Source: Anolis carolinensis (taxonomy: Eukaryota). Taken from it: a stretch of 64,000 nucleotides of DNA. Positions 1-13,100 of the stretch are shown in pieces; positions within the stretch are counted from its first letter, which is position 1, and the number at the start of each line of letters is the position of its first letter. Position numbers and translations under genes: made by a program. A model generated the notes under the pieces. The model made no database searches, was not told the DNA's origin, and was given only the letters and a program-made list of their open reading frames with translations. The stretch spans positions 186,388,107 to 186,452,106 of the forward strand of contig NC_085844.1 of the NCBI RefSeq assembly GCF_035594765.1, given 5' to 3'.

Positions 1-398
1 ACATGCTTTGCAAAAATACAGTGCAAAAGGACAAAGGAAAGAAAGAAAAAGAAATACATAAATGCAACAAGTGTTCAGGAAGGTACACTTTAGTGGTCTC
101 TTTCAGGTTAAGTAGCTGAAAGTCATGGAAGCAATTTTATCAGTTGACTAGAAATGTGCATGGGTATTTGAGGAACTTTGCTTTCAGGATGACAGGCGAA
201 GGCATCTAATCCTGCTGTCCTATAGAAAATGATAACCAATTTCAGCTATCCTGAGCACCAAAAGGCTAAAAACACATTGTAACTTTCTCAGATCCATTCA
301 AATGTGCAGTAGGCTAACTTCCTGGACCATCTTTCTTATACTCTCCAAACAGTCAGTGGAAGCAAGTTTGACACTAGCAAGTATGTCCTGTTTCCTAC

Positions 399-489
399 CT
401 GGTCCAGTTCTACTTCATCTGGGGTCTGCCATCTGGAGGAAAGTATGTTACTTGTAGGGTCCATTGGCACAACTACAATGTAATACCAT
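399..489 (-). CDS. PTPRF: PTPRF exon, membrane-proximal ectodomain ([31 protein letters not shown])
   Basis: 91 nt, phase 2-0, ttttctag acceptor, gtagga donor; matches the LAR-family W.YIVVVP...W.TP.ELELD motif. Confidence 0.93.
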
Positions 490-1851
490 CTAGAAAATAA
501 GAACAAGGAAAGAGTGAGCCTTGCAACATGAAATCCCTGCAATGAAATCCCTGCAACTCCTACTTGCTACTCCCATTTTATTAGCACTTCCCAGAAACTG
601 AGAGCTGCAGCTTGACAATGTTTATAAAGGAGCTGTTACGTGGTATCCTAAAAGGTGCCATTCTATTCCCAATGCTATTTAATATTTACATGAAGCCACT
701 GGGAGAGATCATCCATAGGCATGGAGCAGGGTGTTTTGAGTATGCTGATGACACCCAAATATATTTCTCCATGCCTTCAAAAACAGCTTCAACCAAGAAT
801 AGTGTGTCTCCTCTGAATGAATGCCTGGAGGAGGTAATGGGCTGGATGAGGAAAAACCAACTGAAACTGAATCCAGACAAAACAAAGGTGTTAGCCATCA
901 AGGGTCCTAATCTGGAGGTGTGTCAACCAGTTCTGGATGTAGTTACACTGCCCCTGAAAGACTGTTCACAGCTTGGGAGTGCTCCTGGATCTGTCTCTCC
1001 AAAATGTTAGCCCAGGTAGATGCAACAGTCAGGAGTGCTTACTACCAGCTTTGGCTGATTCGCCAGCTGCGCCACTTCCTAGATTTGGAGGACCTGAACA
1101 TGGTAGTGCACGCACGCACTCGTAACCTCAAAGTTGGACTTCTGCACTGCGTTTTACATTGGGCTATCTTTGTACCAAGTTCGGAAACTTCAGTTGGCTC
1201 AAAATACGGCAGCCAGATTGGTTATAGGAACATCTAAGAGTGAGCATATTACACTTATCCTAAAGTCACTCCACTGACTACCAATTAGTTTCCAGGCAAA
1301 GTACAAGGTATTGGTTTTGACCTTTAAAGCCCTGCATGGTTTGGGTCCAGGTTACCTACAGGTTTGCTTTCTTTCGTACAATCCGCCCCAAACACTTAGG
1401 TCCTCTGGGGGGCGGTTACTCCAACCAGCCAAAACTTGATTGGCAACCACCACCCAGAGGACCTTTTCGTCGGTTGCCCCAAGACTGTGGAATGGCCTGC
1501 CGGAAGAGCTCCGACAGCTAAATTGGCTGTAGGAATTTTAAAACCACCTAAAGACCTATCATTTTTGGCAGGCCTACCCAGCCAGTTTTTAAGCATGAAT
1601 TTTAAACATGTGTCCTTTGTTTAATCTCCATTTTGGGTATTTTAATACGTACAGTTTTTTATAGAAATACATTTTAATATGTATATTTGTATACATATTA
1701 CAAATATGTAAGATGAGCACCAATCCCCGGAGTCGGATACAACTAGACTTACCATCAGGGGAAACCTTTACCTTTACCTATGTATATTTGTGGTATTCTT
1801 AGAATGTTTGTGTGTTTTAATTATTCTGTAACCAAGAGAGGCGGGTTAGAA

Positions 1852-1896
<45 letters not shown>

Positions 1897-4340
1897 TCTG
1901 TTGATTTTCTTTGGGGCTGCCTTGGTTGTAGGAGCCCAAGCTCTTCTGTTACTATCACTGCTGCACTGTAGGCATACTGGTTTGTTTGTTCAATTGATGT
2001 TATTTGGACAGTGGAGAGTACTGCATTCACATCTTTCATGAGAGGCGCCAGGTGTCTCTTGGGCACTGTTTTTAGAGTTGGGAGCCGCTTTCTTATTGCA
2101 TTTGCTGCAGCATGAGCCATGATCTTATCCTTGATCTCATGTTGTCTTGCTGTCAAGGTTCCTGGTGGTTCAGCAGATGTTTCAAGTGCTGGTTTTTCAA
2201 ATTCTTGCAAAAGCTCCACACTTTCTTCTGGTTCAATCTGTTCCACCATTCCAAGTGTTGCTGGAGTCTCTGCTGCTGTGTGTGCTGTGGTCTGATGGTA
2301 ATTTACTTTGCAAATTTTCTGGATTTCTTCGAGTTCAACTTCACTGAACACTTTGTTTCTGATTATGAATCTTCGTTGGTCAGCCAGTCGGGGTTCTGTT
2401 ATCTGTGAGTCAGGGTACTCTTGTTTCCACAGTTGATGCATCCTTTTTTGGTAGCCACGCCTTTGAGGTTCAGATTTGTAGTAGCATTTCATAATTGTGC
2501 GGTTTTCTGGCATTGTGTATTTCTGCCGCTTCTGTGACTGTTCATTTGGGTTTTGATGATTCCGTAGCCCACTTGTCGATGGATGTCCAGAATCAGCAGC
2601 ATCCACCGCGGTCCTTTTTATCCTGGGCGACGACCGAGCCAGTATAGACTTCGTTTGGGTTTGATTCTCCATAATGCTAATGGGTTAGGTGCTCTTGGTT
2701 CTGCTCCTCAGCTGAGGCCTCTCTGGCTTGGTTGGACCTGCCGGTAGTTACACTACCGCCAGCACAGCCCTCAGTCATCATTGGAGCAGTTAAGCCCGCC
2801 CACCACGTCAAGGTGGCACCTTGTGGAGTTTGGATTGGACATGGAGTTTGGTTTGGACAAATGTTCGACAGTGGCATTGAAGAAGGGAAAAATCATTGAA
2901 AGTGAGGGCATCAATATGCCCAATGGCCAAACAATAAGGTGTCACCAGCCAGAGGCCTACAAATATCTGGGCATATTACAGCTGGACAACATCAAGCATG
3001 AACATGTGAAAACTGTGGTCAGCAAAGAATACACACAAAGGGTCAGAAAAATTCTCAAAAGCAAGCTCAATGGAGGCAACACCATCAAGGCCATAAACAC
3101 CTGGGCCATACCTGTCATAAGATATACTGCTGGCATTATAAATTGGACACAGGCGGAACTGGACAATTTGGACAGAAAAACAAGAAAACTCATGACCATT
3201 CATCATTCACTGCACCCTCGCAGTGATGTTGACCGGCTATATCTGCCTAGAAGATCAGGGGGCAGAGGACTCCTACAAGTAAAACAAGCAGTCAAAGAAG
3301 AAGAACATGCCCTGGCAGAATATGTAAAGCAAAGTGAAGAACCTGCTTTAATTGAAGTCAAAAATCAGAAACTCCTCAAAGCGCAGCAGACAAAAAACCA
3401 GTACAAGAAAACCGCACTACAAACTAGAGCTGACAGCTGGCACAACAAAACACTGCATGGAAAGTTCCTTGACAAAATTGAAGGAAAAGCTGACAAGGAG
3501 AAGACCTGGCTCTGGCTCACGAATGGGACCCTGAAGAAGGAGACAGAAGGCCTGATCCTTGCAGCCCAGGAGCAAGCCATCAGAACAAATGCAATCAAGG
3601 CCAAGATCGAAAAATCAGCTGATGACCCAAAATGCAGACTGTGCAAGGAAACCGATGAAACCATTGATCATATCCTCAGCTGCTGTAAGAAAATTGCACA
3701 GACAGACTACAAACAGAGGCACAACTATGTGGCCCAAATGATTCATTGGAACTTATGCCTCAAGTACCACCTCCCTGCAGTAAAGAACTGGTGGGATCAC
3801 AAACCTGCAAAGGTTGTGGAAAATGAACACGCAAAGATACTGTGGGACTTCCGAATCCAGACTGACAAAGTTCTGGAACACAACACAGCAGACATCACAG
3901 TTGTGGAAAAGAACAAGGTTTGGATCATTGATGTTGCCATCCCAGGTGACAGTCGCATTGACGAAAAACAACAGGAAAAAATCAGCCGCTATCAGGACCT
4001 CAAGATTGAACTTCAAAGACTCTGGCAGAAACCAGTGCAGGTGGTCCCGGTGGTGATGGGCACACTGGGTGCCATGCCAAAAGATCTCAGCCGGCATTTG
4101 GAAACAATAGACATTGACAAAATTACGATCTGCCAACTGCAAAAGGTCACCTTACTGGGATCTGCACGCATCATCCGAAAATACATCACACAGTCCTAGA
4201 CACTTGGGAAGTGTTCGACTTGTGATTTTGTGAAACGAAATCCAGCATACCTATCTTGTTTGCTGTGTCATACAACGTCGTTGTGTCAATAATAATAATA
4301 ATACTTATTGTTGTTGTTGTTGTTATTATTGTTGTTGTTG

Positions 4341-4399
<59 letters not shown>

Positions 4400-7300
4400 T
4401 CAATGAAGTTGCAGGGCCAATTTTGGAAGACTGAGCCAGTTGCTATATATCTATTTCAATTTTCAACACGAGATTTTCATGTGTAAAGCCTCCATTATTT
4501 CATGCTTATTCTGTAAAATATGGTTGTTACACCACTATGTCACCTTGTCAATAACACAATAAAATTAAGAGAAACCTCTAGAGGTTTCTGTACATTTTTC
4601 AAAGCAGGGGTGAGGAACCTATGGTTCTATATGTGCAATTTGATTCTTACTCTCACCAGTCTTTGGAAGCATGGCCAATGGTAAGGAATGATTGGAGATG
4701 TAATCCAACAATGTTTTTCACAGCCGATTAAAAAAAACTGTGCAGCTCTATGCCACATTCTTTCTGTATCTTTTTCTCTATATAGATTATGGCTAGGGAT
4801 TTAAGAAATTACTTTTTTTGGATTACAAAAGCTGGAAGTCACTAGTCTGCATGGCCAGAGACAAAAACAACATGTTTCTTTAGGGACTCAGGAGAAATCT
4901 CCCAAACAAGAACATACACCATTGACTTTTTTTACTGTTTTGATTTTGGAAGAAGAAAGCAAGAAACAAGTGTGCACTGAGGAGAAGCACAGAAGTAGAA
5001 AGATAGAAACTGTTGGGATATTCATTTGTTAATGTGAAAACAAGCAGAAGTAAATTGCTGGATATAAAGTAGTAGAAAAAGTATTAAACTATAGAGAAAT
5101 TGACGAAGGGAAACAGGAAATTATTTTAAAAAACTACTTTATGTACATATGTTTGTATTTCAAATTTATGTTTAGTTAGAGGTGTAAGTTAGTGAGAAAA
5201 ACTAATTAATTAATTATATAAATGTTATTCAAATATGTTTATGTATGTATAGGAATTGTTTTCTTGCTTTTTTTTTTTGCTGTTGTTAAAATTTCAAATA
5301 ATAAAGAAAGAAATAGAAAGAAATATACCTGACTGGCACAGAGGTCTTCACTCCTGGGAGCGTGAGAGTGAACTGTCCATTATGGATATATTTGTATGTC
5401 GAGACAGGCTTGTTCTGGAGGACATCAGGTGCTGTCCGGATGAAGACCCGATGCTGCAATGCTCCTGCACTGCTCCCTCGATTTGTGAGTGCAAAAGAGT
5501 AATTTGTGTCGGGCTGCAGGTCATTGATCAACTTCTTCATGGAGTGGCCATCCACCTCCACAGTCTGACCATTGTACAGAATCTGTAAATGTAGGAAAAA
5601 AGTCACACACTCCAAGTTAATAAGCCTCCCCAAGAAAAAGATTGATGAAGTCCCTTCCTGTTTTTCAGTTCTGGCTTAACTGGGCATTCCTCACAATCTT
5701 CTCACTGCATAAGATGAATTGTTTTTACCTGTGAATATAACTAACCTGAATGATCACAACCGCATAATCATGATTGCCAAACACTCCTGGCCCACTTAGA
5801 TACAAGATCCATTTCAGTCAAGGTTAATTTTGAACAGAACCTGCCTTCGCTGTGGTGAGAGAGCGTGGGGGGGGGGGATATGCTGAGACTTTGCTGAGCT
5901 GCTTACTGCCATAATCTGACTTTTTCTCCACTTGGTGCCCCTCCACATGCTCTTGGCAACAACTCCAAACATACTTGACTGTTGATTATGCTGGTTGGGG
6001 GCTGAAGGAAATTCAATTCCAACAATTTAGAAGGGTACAAGGTTGGCAAATGTTGACATAAACAGGGATAAGAATTGTGTGATCTTCCAGAAGAGTTAAT
6101 GGATGGCAACTCACAGCAACTATAGCCAATTGTGAGGAATTCTGGGAATTCAAGTGAAGGCTCAGGTACCTTGACCCTGAACAGAAGTTTCCTTCTAGGT
6201 ATACTGTTTGGGTAGGGCCTTGGAAATCCTACAACACAGTGATTCAATTCCTATTTGGATATCTTCCTATTTCAGAAGATCGTGATTGCTATTGCTCCAT
6301 ACACAGTTTTGTTATGGGGTTGTATTTTATCTTTGCTGCTGTTACACTATTAGGAGAAACTCTTTGGGCATATGGAATAAGATGTGACCAGTGGTGACAT
6401 TCTGGTCTATTTCTCATTATCAGCTGGTCCATATGAGTTCTAGTTCTGAACTCCTGTGAGAAAACACACTGGATGGAGGTCAATGAACTGAAATTTTATC
6501 CCAATATGATGGTGGTAATGCTGATGTATGATTATCTGCCTAGTTTAGTAGTACTTAATTTGGTTTGAAAAGGGTGCTCCCCTTCTAAAAAAAACAGGTG
6601 TTTAGTTTGGGGTTTTGCTTGAGTCCAACACTGCCACTAATATGTAGGTTGAATAATGCAGCCTTGTCAATCAGAACGCTGTCATGTTCCTGCTCCCTCC
6701 ATGCATTCTTTATAGACTTTGCTCCAGCTCCTACTTGTACATTTTAGATCATAAATTTATTCAAGTTGCCAAGGTGCCAGCTGCTTCAACAACTTTATTT
6801 TATTCCTGGAAGTCTTGGGGTTACAATATTGTGCTTCTTCTCCCTCTATTTTTTTACAGGTATAGCTCTCAAGAAGGGAAAACTAAAAGCTTTGAAGATG
6901 TGCTCCCTATGGTATTATTGCAGTGGTGGTAGTTGAAAAATAATTCATAATGGATTTGTGGGATTTCAGTCTAGCATCAGAAAGAGATTTTGTTCCTGTG
7001 CCCTCATATTTGCTGCAAAAAAGTAATAAACCGGCTCTTTCAAATACTTTCAAATCCTGCATCTGTAGATTTTTCAGGGGACAAAAAGATTGCCAGATAT
7101 GTTTTACAAGTTTGTTACCAGTTCACCAAGTATTGACTACTTGTAGGTATTGAAAGGCTAGATGATCTCTTAAGTTTTGGAGATTGTTCATGCTTCCCGA
7201 CGGAGGGCCACAGCCACCCCTTGAGGCCCTCTAGCATCCCTTCCTATTTTTTTATTGTCTTCTCAAACTTAAAACAGCTAGAGGTATGTAGCAAATTGGC

Positions 7301-10104
7301 TTCCTGGCTCTACAATTTTCAGTGGTCCTTTTGAGTATTTTTTAAATTGCAAGCATGGATGATTACATTGGAATTTATTTTGAAGGAGCTCTGAATGTGA
7401 GGGGCATGTGTCCCAAAGGTACTCTATCCATATCTGCTGTGCAGCTTCAGTTCTATATGAGAACCCTCATATGAAGGGAATTTCTGCAAACGTTCATTTT
7501 TTGTACTTAGAATTTTTTTAAATCACATATGTCATTAAATCAGTTATTTAAAAAATTATTTTGTTTATTTATTACAATAAATAAATAAATTAAGTGACAA
7601 CACTTATTAGAAAAAATAATGCCCTTTGTCCAATCTGAAGCCCAATCTAAAGAATAATTACCCAAGCAAAGAAATAAATTTGATCAAAGTTTGCAACACC
7701 TGTATGAAGATTGGTCAATTCTGAGCACATGTGTGCCTTATCCCAAGCCTCATGCAGAAACAACTATTACTGTGGCAAAGTTACATTGAGCTGGGCAATG
7801 GGAATTTCCTCTGCAAACACAGGGAGAGGCTATGGAATACTCTTTCCTTTCATGGCCTTTTACTCTTGTGCCACCAATTTAACAGGACTAGGAGATGTGG
7901 GTGATCTAGCATAGTGTTGGTTGTCTCTGCCCACTTTCTAGGGGAAAGGTTGGTTTGGGATTATGGGATGGAAACAGAATATTTCATGTATATTTCCATG
8001 AAAAGGTCCAAAAACCCTATTCTTATTACCAAACAAGATATAAACCCCAAATGCATTTCAGCATCAAACAAATAGAACAGCTTCACTTTTAGATAAGGTA
8101 AAGTGTTAGTTTCAAATTGTAATAACAATCTTGGCATAACATCCTCTCACACTCACTGCAAAAGACCAACCATCCCTTTGCAGGGAGTTTTATCTCCTAG
8201 ACCAGATGAAGCAATGATTCTTCCCTAAGGAGAACTGAAAAATCTCATTATTGATTTTTAGTGCAAAAAGATTCAGAGGTTCATCCCCAATAAAAATACC
8301 ATGAGGGTTAGCCTGCACCTCAGTATTCATAAATCAGAACAATATCTGCTTTAATTAAATCTGTTAAAGAGAAAGATGACACCCTTTGGGATGTAGATAT
8401 AGTGTGAGACTGTTTATCAAGTGTAGATAATGCTAATTGTTCCCATGGAGATTTATCAGTGTTGCTTGTTAGATTATGAAGCTTTGGCCTGGCATTCTGC
8501 ATGCCCGAATTAAACAGCCAAACACAGAGGGGAGTCCTGTTTGCAAAGTTCCAGTTTCCAGAGATCACAGCTGCTACTGGGCTAACTACTCTGTTGGTAC
8601 TTGGGCATGACCTGTACATCTAGGATTGTCAATGAGAAGTAAGCTCCTTGACATGCCTTGTGTTTGCATGGCTGCTTCTCAGCTAGCAGGCCACCCACAC
8701 CATCTGGTGCTTCATCAAGACTAACCTACCGTAGGAATTACTGTCAGTACTCCAATCATTTTAGCAACCTCAACTAAGGCAGCCACACTAGACCTTATAA
8801 AACCCACACCAGTTAACAGAATTGATTATTCATCCCCTGGATAAAGAGTAGTTTGGTCATACAGCAGTGGGAAGGACCTTTTAAGATAAAACTTGCCTTA
8901 TAGAATACCATTGCTAAGAAGAATGGTTACTTCTGTTTATTATGTCACCAGTAAGAAAAAGCAGACATGGACAGAGCTGCCTTTTCAACTGGTACTCTCA
9001 AATGACTGAGTTAGGATTTCATGGACAGCATGAATGGCTCCTGCCCATATGGTTATATTGAAAAAATATCTCCTCAATCAATTGATACTTCAGAAAACAC
9101 AGCTCTCACTCAAGTTTTGGGCTCCTTACAAGAGTTTACATTTGAGGAGCAGAACTCTTGGTCCTCTTGCTGATTATGAAGCATTTTGGTACAAATTAAA
9201 ATTTGGGCATAGATGGGAGGGTTCTCAAGCAGCGAAGTCAAATTGAAAGGGATCCCTCAAGATCAACAAGAGAACCAAGACATTTTTTGCCTAGGAATGC
9301 AAAAGTTAATGGCTCATTAAGGGCTCCTTCAGTGAGCCAAAGTAAAAGAGGTCTAAGGGAAAAAGTGCAACCTTGGACTCCAAGCACTTGTTGGAGTTGC
9401 ACTTGTATCCTGACACCAAACACTGAGATTGTTTGCTTATACAGCATGTTCAGACAAATACTAGGCTAATGGCAGTAAACTGCCTGCCTTAAGAATCCTT
9501 GAGGGAGAGCTCCTCTCATCTTTTCCTATTAACTTTTATCAAGGCACAGACAGATTTGAATCTGCCCACAAGGGGATTATTAATATTATGCTTAGATCAG
9601 GCAGTCTTCCATGGCTGATATTAACTTACCTTGAAAGGTACTACAGAGTTGTAAGTCTCTGGCACCTCCCAGCTCAGCAGCACTGATGTTTTCATCACAG
9701 CACTGACACGGAAGTTCTTTGCAAACACTGCAATTAGAAAGAATCCTTTTAAGCACATCCTGTTGAGGCAACAGTGGGCTACACACCAATCCCAATCCCT
9801 GCCCTTCCACCTTCCTAATAAGCAACAAAAGTTAGTGATAGTTACAATAAAGCTCTTTCACATTACAGAAGAACACCTGGGTTTCTCAATCAGTCTCCCA
9901 GTGCAAATACTGTGTACTTTTCTAAACACACAGATGGGAGGTTAATCCTGAGTTGTGACCTTTCATTCTCCCCTTTGTTTCTTCATCATGATCAAAAGGT
10001 AGATGTTATTAGGTCCTGGTTTGTCAAAAAAGCTATTTTAAAGCATACCAATGCAATTGTGCCACAGTTCTTACGTGCAAAGAGAAAGTGATATGTGTGT
10101 CTGA

Positions 10105-10162
<58 letters not shown>

Positions 10163-13100
10163 TTAAAGCAGTTCTACAACCTTCATGCTCATGACAACCC
10201 ATCCCATCCTTGGTTATAAGCCCAGGTAAGTCAGACTGATCAGGTAATCTCTGACCTATGCCCAGGCCATCTCTGACCTATTGCATGGGAAGCGGGTGTT
10301 AGTATCTGAATACAGCAGGAGGTGCCTACCTTGTTCCATTGGCATCGTCCTAGACTGAATGCTGGGGCTGAGAGGGCCAGCTCCCTTGCTAGTATGGGCT
10401 CTAACTTTGATGTCATAAGTTGTGTCAGGTTTGAGGTTGGCAAGAGTGATGCTCGTTTCCTTAGTAACATTAGTCAGGTTCTGCTGGCTGTTAATGTCTC
10501 TGTATACAAGCGTATAGTTGGTAATTTTCCCATTCCTCTCAGACAGGAGTGGTGGATTCCAGGTCACTTTAGTGGTAGAAGTGGTAAGGCCCACCACACG
10601 CAGGTTCTGGGGGAAGCCACTTGGCACCTCCTCTGCAGTAGTGATTTCCTTCTCAAACTCCTCCCCAGGACCAGCCCTATTCTTGGCAGCCAACTTGAAG
10701 ATGTAGGTGGCACCCTTGTAAAGGCCGGTCACAGTGTGGTGATCATCATTCTTCCCCAACTGAATTACTGTCATCGTCTCCTCATCAGCACGTTTGTACT
10801 GTAGCCTGTAGCCCAGGAGCTCCCCAATCATCTCTTTGGGTGGGTGCCAATTGATTAGGGCTGTATTCATGGATGTGGTGCTGATCATCATGGCAGGTTT
10901 GCCTGGGACTGTGGGACAAAAACAGGGGTGACATGCTGTAGGAGGGTAGGACAGCAAACTGACTATTTGGCGTCTCTCACCCAAGCAGGTTTACAGCTTA
11001 ATTACAAATGGTATGATCATTCCTGGACTGCAACACATCAGACCACAGATGAACAATTCCATTCTTGAACGTTAAGTCACATTAAAAACATTATTACATA
11101 CATAAAGGTGGTACATGCAACAGAAGGCTAAGCTAAAAGGCTTTTCCATTACACACTAGGTTAAAACATGAGGAGTATTTCTGATATGAGTAACATTCAA
11201 AAAATGCAAGTCATTGCCTACAGTTTGAAGTGGTTCAGTCCAGGAAGGTTCTGATTACCTTAGCTTAGCCTTTACCTTTATAGGCTTTTACATTTCATAA
11301 TTAAAACAAAACAAGTGAACAAAAATATAAATTTTATGGACAATTTTATGGTCCAATTAAACAAAATACGCTTAATTAATATAATTTTGGTCACACAACT
11401 TGGCCCATTTGGTCATGCAATTTAAATTTTTTGTGGTGGCAGCTCTAGGATTGGAAACGGTCAGAAAACAAACCCCACAGTTCTAGTTAGTGATGACTGA
11501 GTTTATATCTTGCTTTTGAATTCTTTGAAATGCTATACTTTGTAAAAACTTTCGTGATAGCAAAATTATTGAATTCACAGAGACTGCTAATGCAGCATGT
11601 CAACAGCTGATGTGTTGAAATTAAAAATGAAATAGGAAAGATTATTGGAACATTATTAGTAACTCTTTTCAGAAAGACAACTATATTAGTTAGTCTCAGT
11701 ATAAAAAGAAAGGCATTTTGTGGCACCATTAAGACAGACCAATTTGTTTCAGTGTAAGTCCACTTTTTCAGATATTTGGAATGGAGCCTCAGCACACAGA
11801 CGTGTCTATAAATGCCTTTCTTCTTTTAGCTACTCTGAAATTGTCACCCAACCACCATACCAATATATATTTTCTTTTTTGTTACATTTCCTACTCCTTC
11901 CTTGTCCTGTGCTTGCACACATGTCTGTCAACTGAAGCTTCATCCTATGCATCTGAAGAAATGGACTGGAGTCCATAAAACATGGGCTAAAATAAATTAG
12001 TCCTAAAGGAGCCACAAGACTCCTTCTCTTTTTTATATTAGCAGCTACAAATAACCTGTTAATTAATCTAGAGACAGCACTTCCTGACATGATAACTAAA
12101 ATCAATATCCTATTGGATATTGCCTTCAAAACCTCCTTTGAGTTGTCTCACAAATTTTAATGCATTTGCCCAAACACTCCTTCAGCTCTAGTGTTTGCAG
12201 AAGAAGGTACACAAAGAGAAAATTTGGACCCAATGAGGAAGAAGGTAAAAGATACTGCCATAAGTGAAAGTAATCTGGGTGCTAGCAGAAAGTGATAAGG
12301 ATATGCCCAAGCTTATATCTGGGATCCCTGCTACCTTGATGCAGGCAATTTTCATAGCAATCGTAATAATTTCACCACCTGTGTGAGCTGTTGAGAGAGC
12401 GTGGCATGCTGTTTGCAATCAAAATGTGCTGTGTTTGAGCTGATGAACTGACTCCTGCTAGGAATGCTGATGTGATGGCTGAGCAGCAGAAGGATTCCAA
12501 ATTGTCTATGTGTTGTACAAATTAATGGCTGCTCCCTTCAAAACATAACACCTGCTGTATAAAATGGATAGTTTCATATCCCAGTTCCACCCACAACAGA
12601 CACACATCCTTTCCCGAAATCACATAAGATTGGCATGCAAATCCATCAATGGCAAAACTATTCCTTGTCAGTCAAGTACCAAGATTACCATTACTCTGAA
12701 CTGAATGTTGCACTAAGAGTCAATTTCCAATAGTAAACTATTATTTTAGGTATGAATTTGGCTAATTTGTAATGAAATTGTGGCGTGAGTTTTATATAGT
12801 TTTGAAAGATCTAATAGTTTTCATTTGGTTAGGTGGAAATTTTAATGTCGGGATGAACAGAAGAGGTGGAGACAATAAAGAGTGAAGACGATGAAAAGGA
12901 GAAGCCAACAAGAGTAGCAGCCTTGAAGTGGTTTTTTGGCAACTGCAGTACAGGTATCAGTGGACAGTTAACACCACTAATATTCCTTCAGAAAGATTAG
13001 TCCACAGGGACTAATGTAAAATTCATCCAGGACTCAGCTATAAAATATGAAAAAGGATCAGACGCTAGCAAATTCCAGTTGAGAACAACCCCTCGAAATC

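Noticed and set aside
1893-2672. 259-aa minus-strand ORF as an independent host or novel gene
   Set aside because: It is the inverted N-terminal part of the Dong/R4 ORF, and its stop codon comes from the target-site duplication.
2701-2789. Intronic box C/D snoRNA (perfect C and D boxes with terminal stem, in the PTPRF sense orientation)
   Set aside because: It lies inside a retrotransposon 5' UTR, the sequence just upstream of box D is base-paired internally, and I recognised no rRNA or snRNA guide. Treated as a K-turn of the element.
2688-2820. HDV-like ribozyme at the Dong 5' end (known for some R2/R4/RTE elements)
   Set aside because: I could not build the nested double pseudoknot. There is no 5' P1 strand or convincing P1.1 and J4/2 arrangement, and the pairings fit a multi-stem K-turn fold better.
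4256-4486. Hydrophobic or low-complexity ORFs (poly-I/V/L/N; also 1780, 34034, 53679, 62475, 63190)
   Set aside because: They are translations of TTA, TTG, AAT and TAAA microsatellites.
10322-10804. Plus-strand ORFs opposite PTPRF exons (also 5256-5588, 30748-31140, 42939-43195)
   Set aside because: These are antisense shadows of real coding exons with no recognisable protein features.
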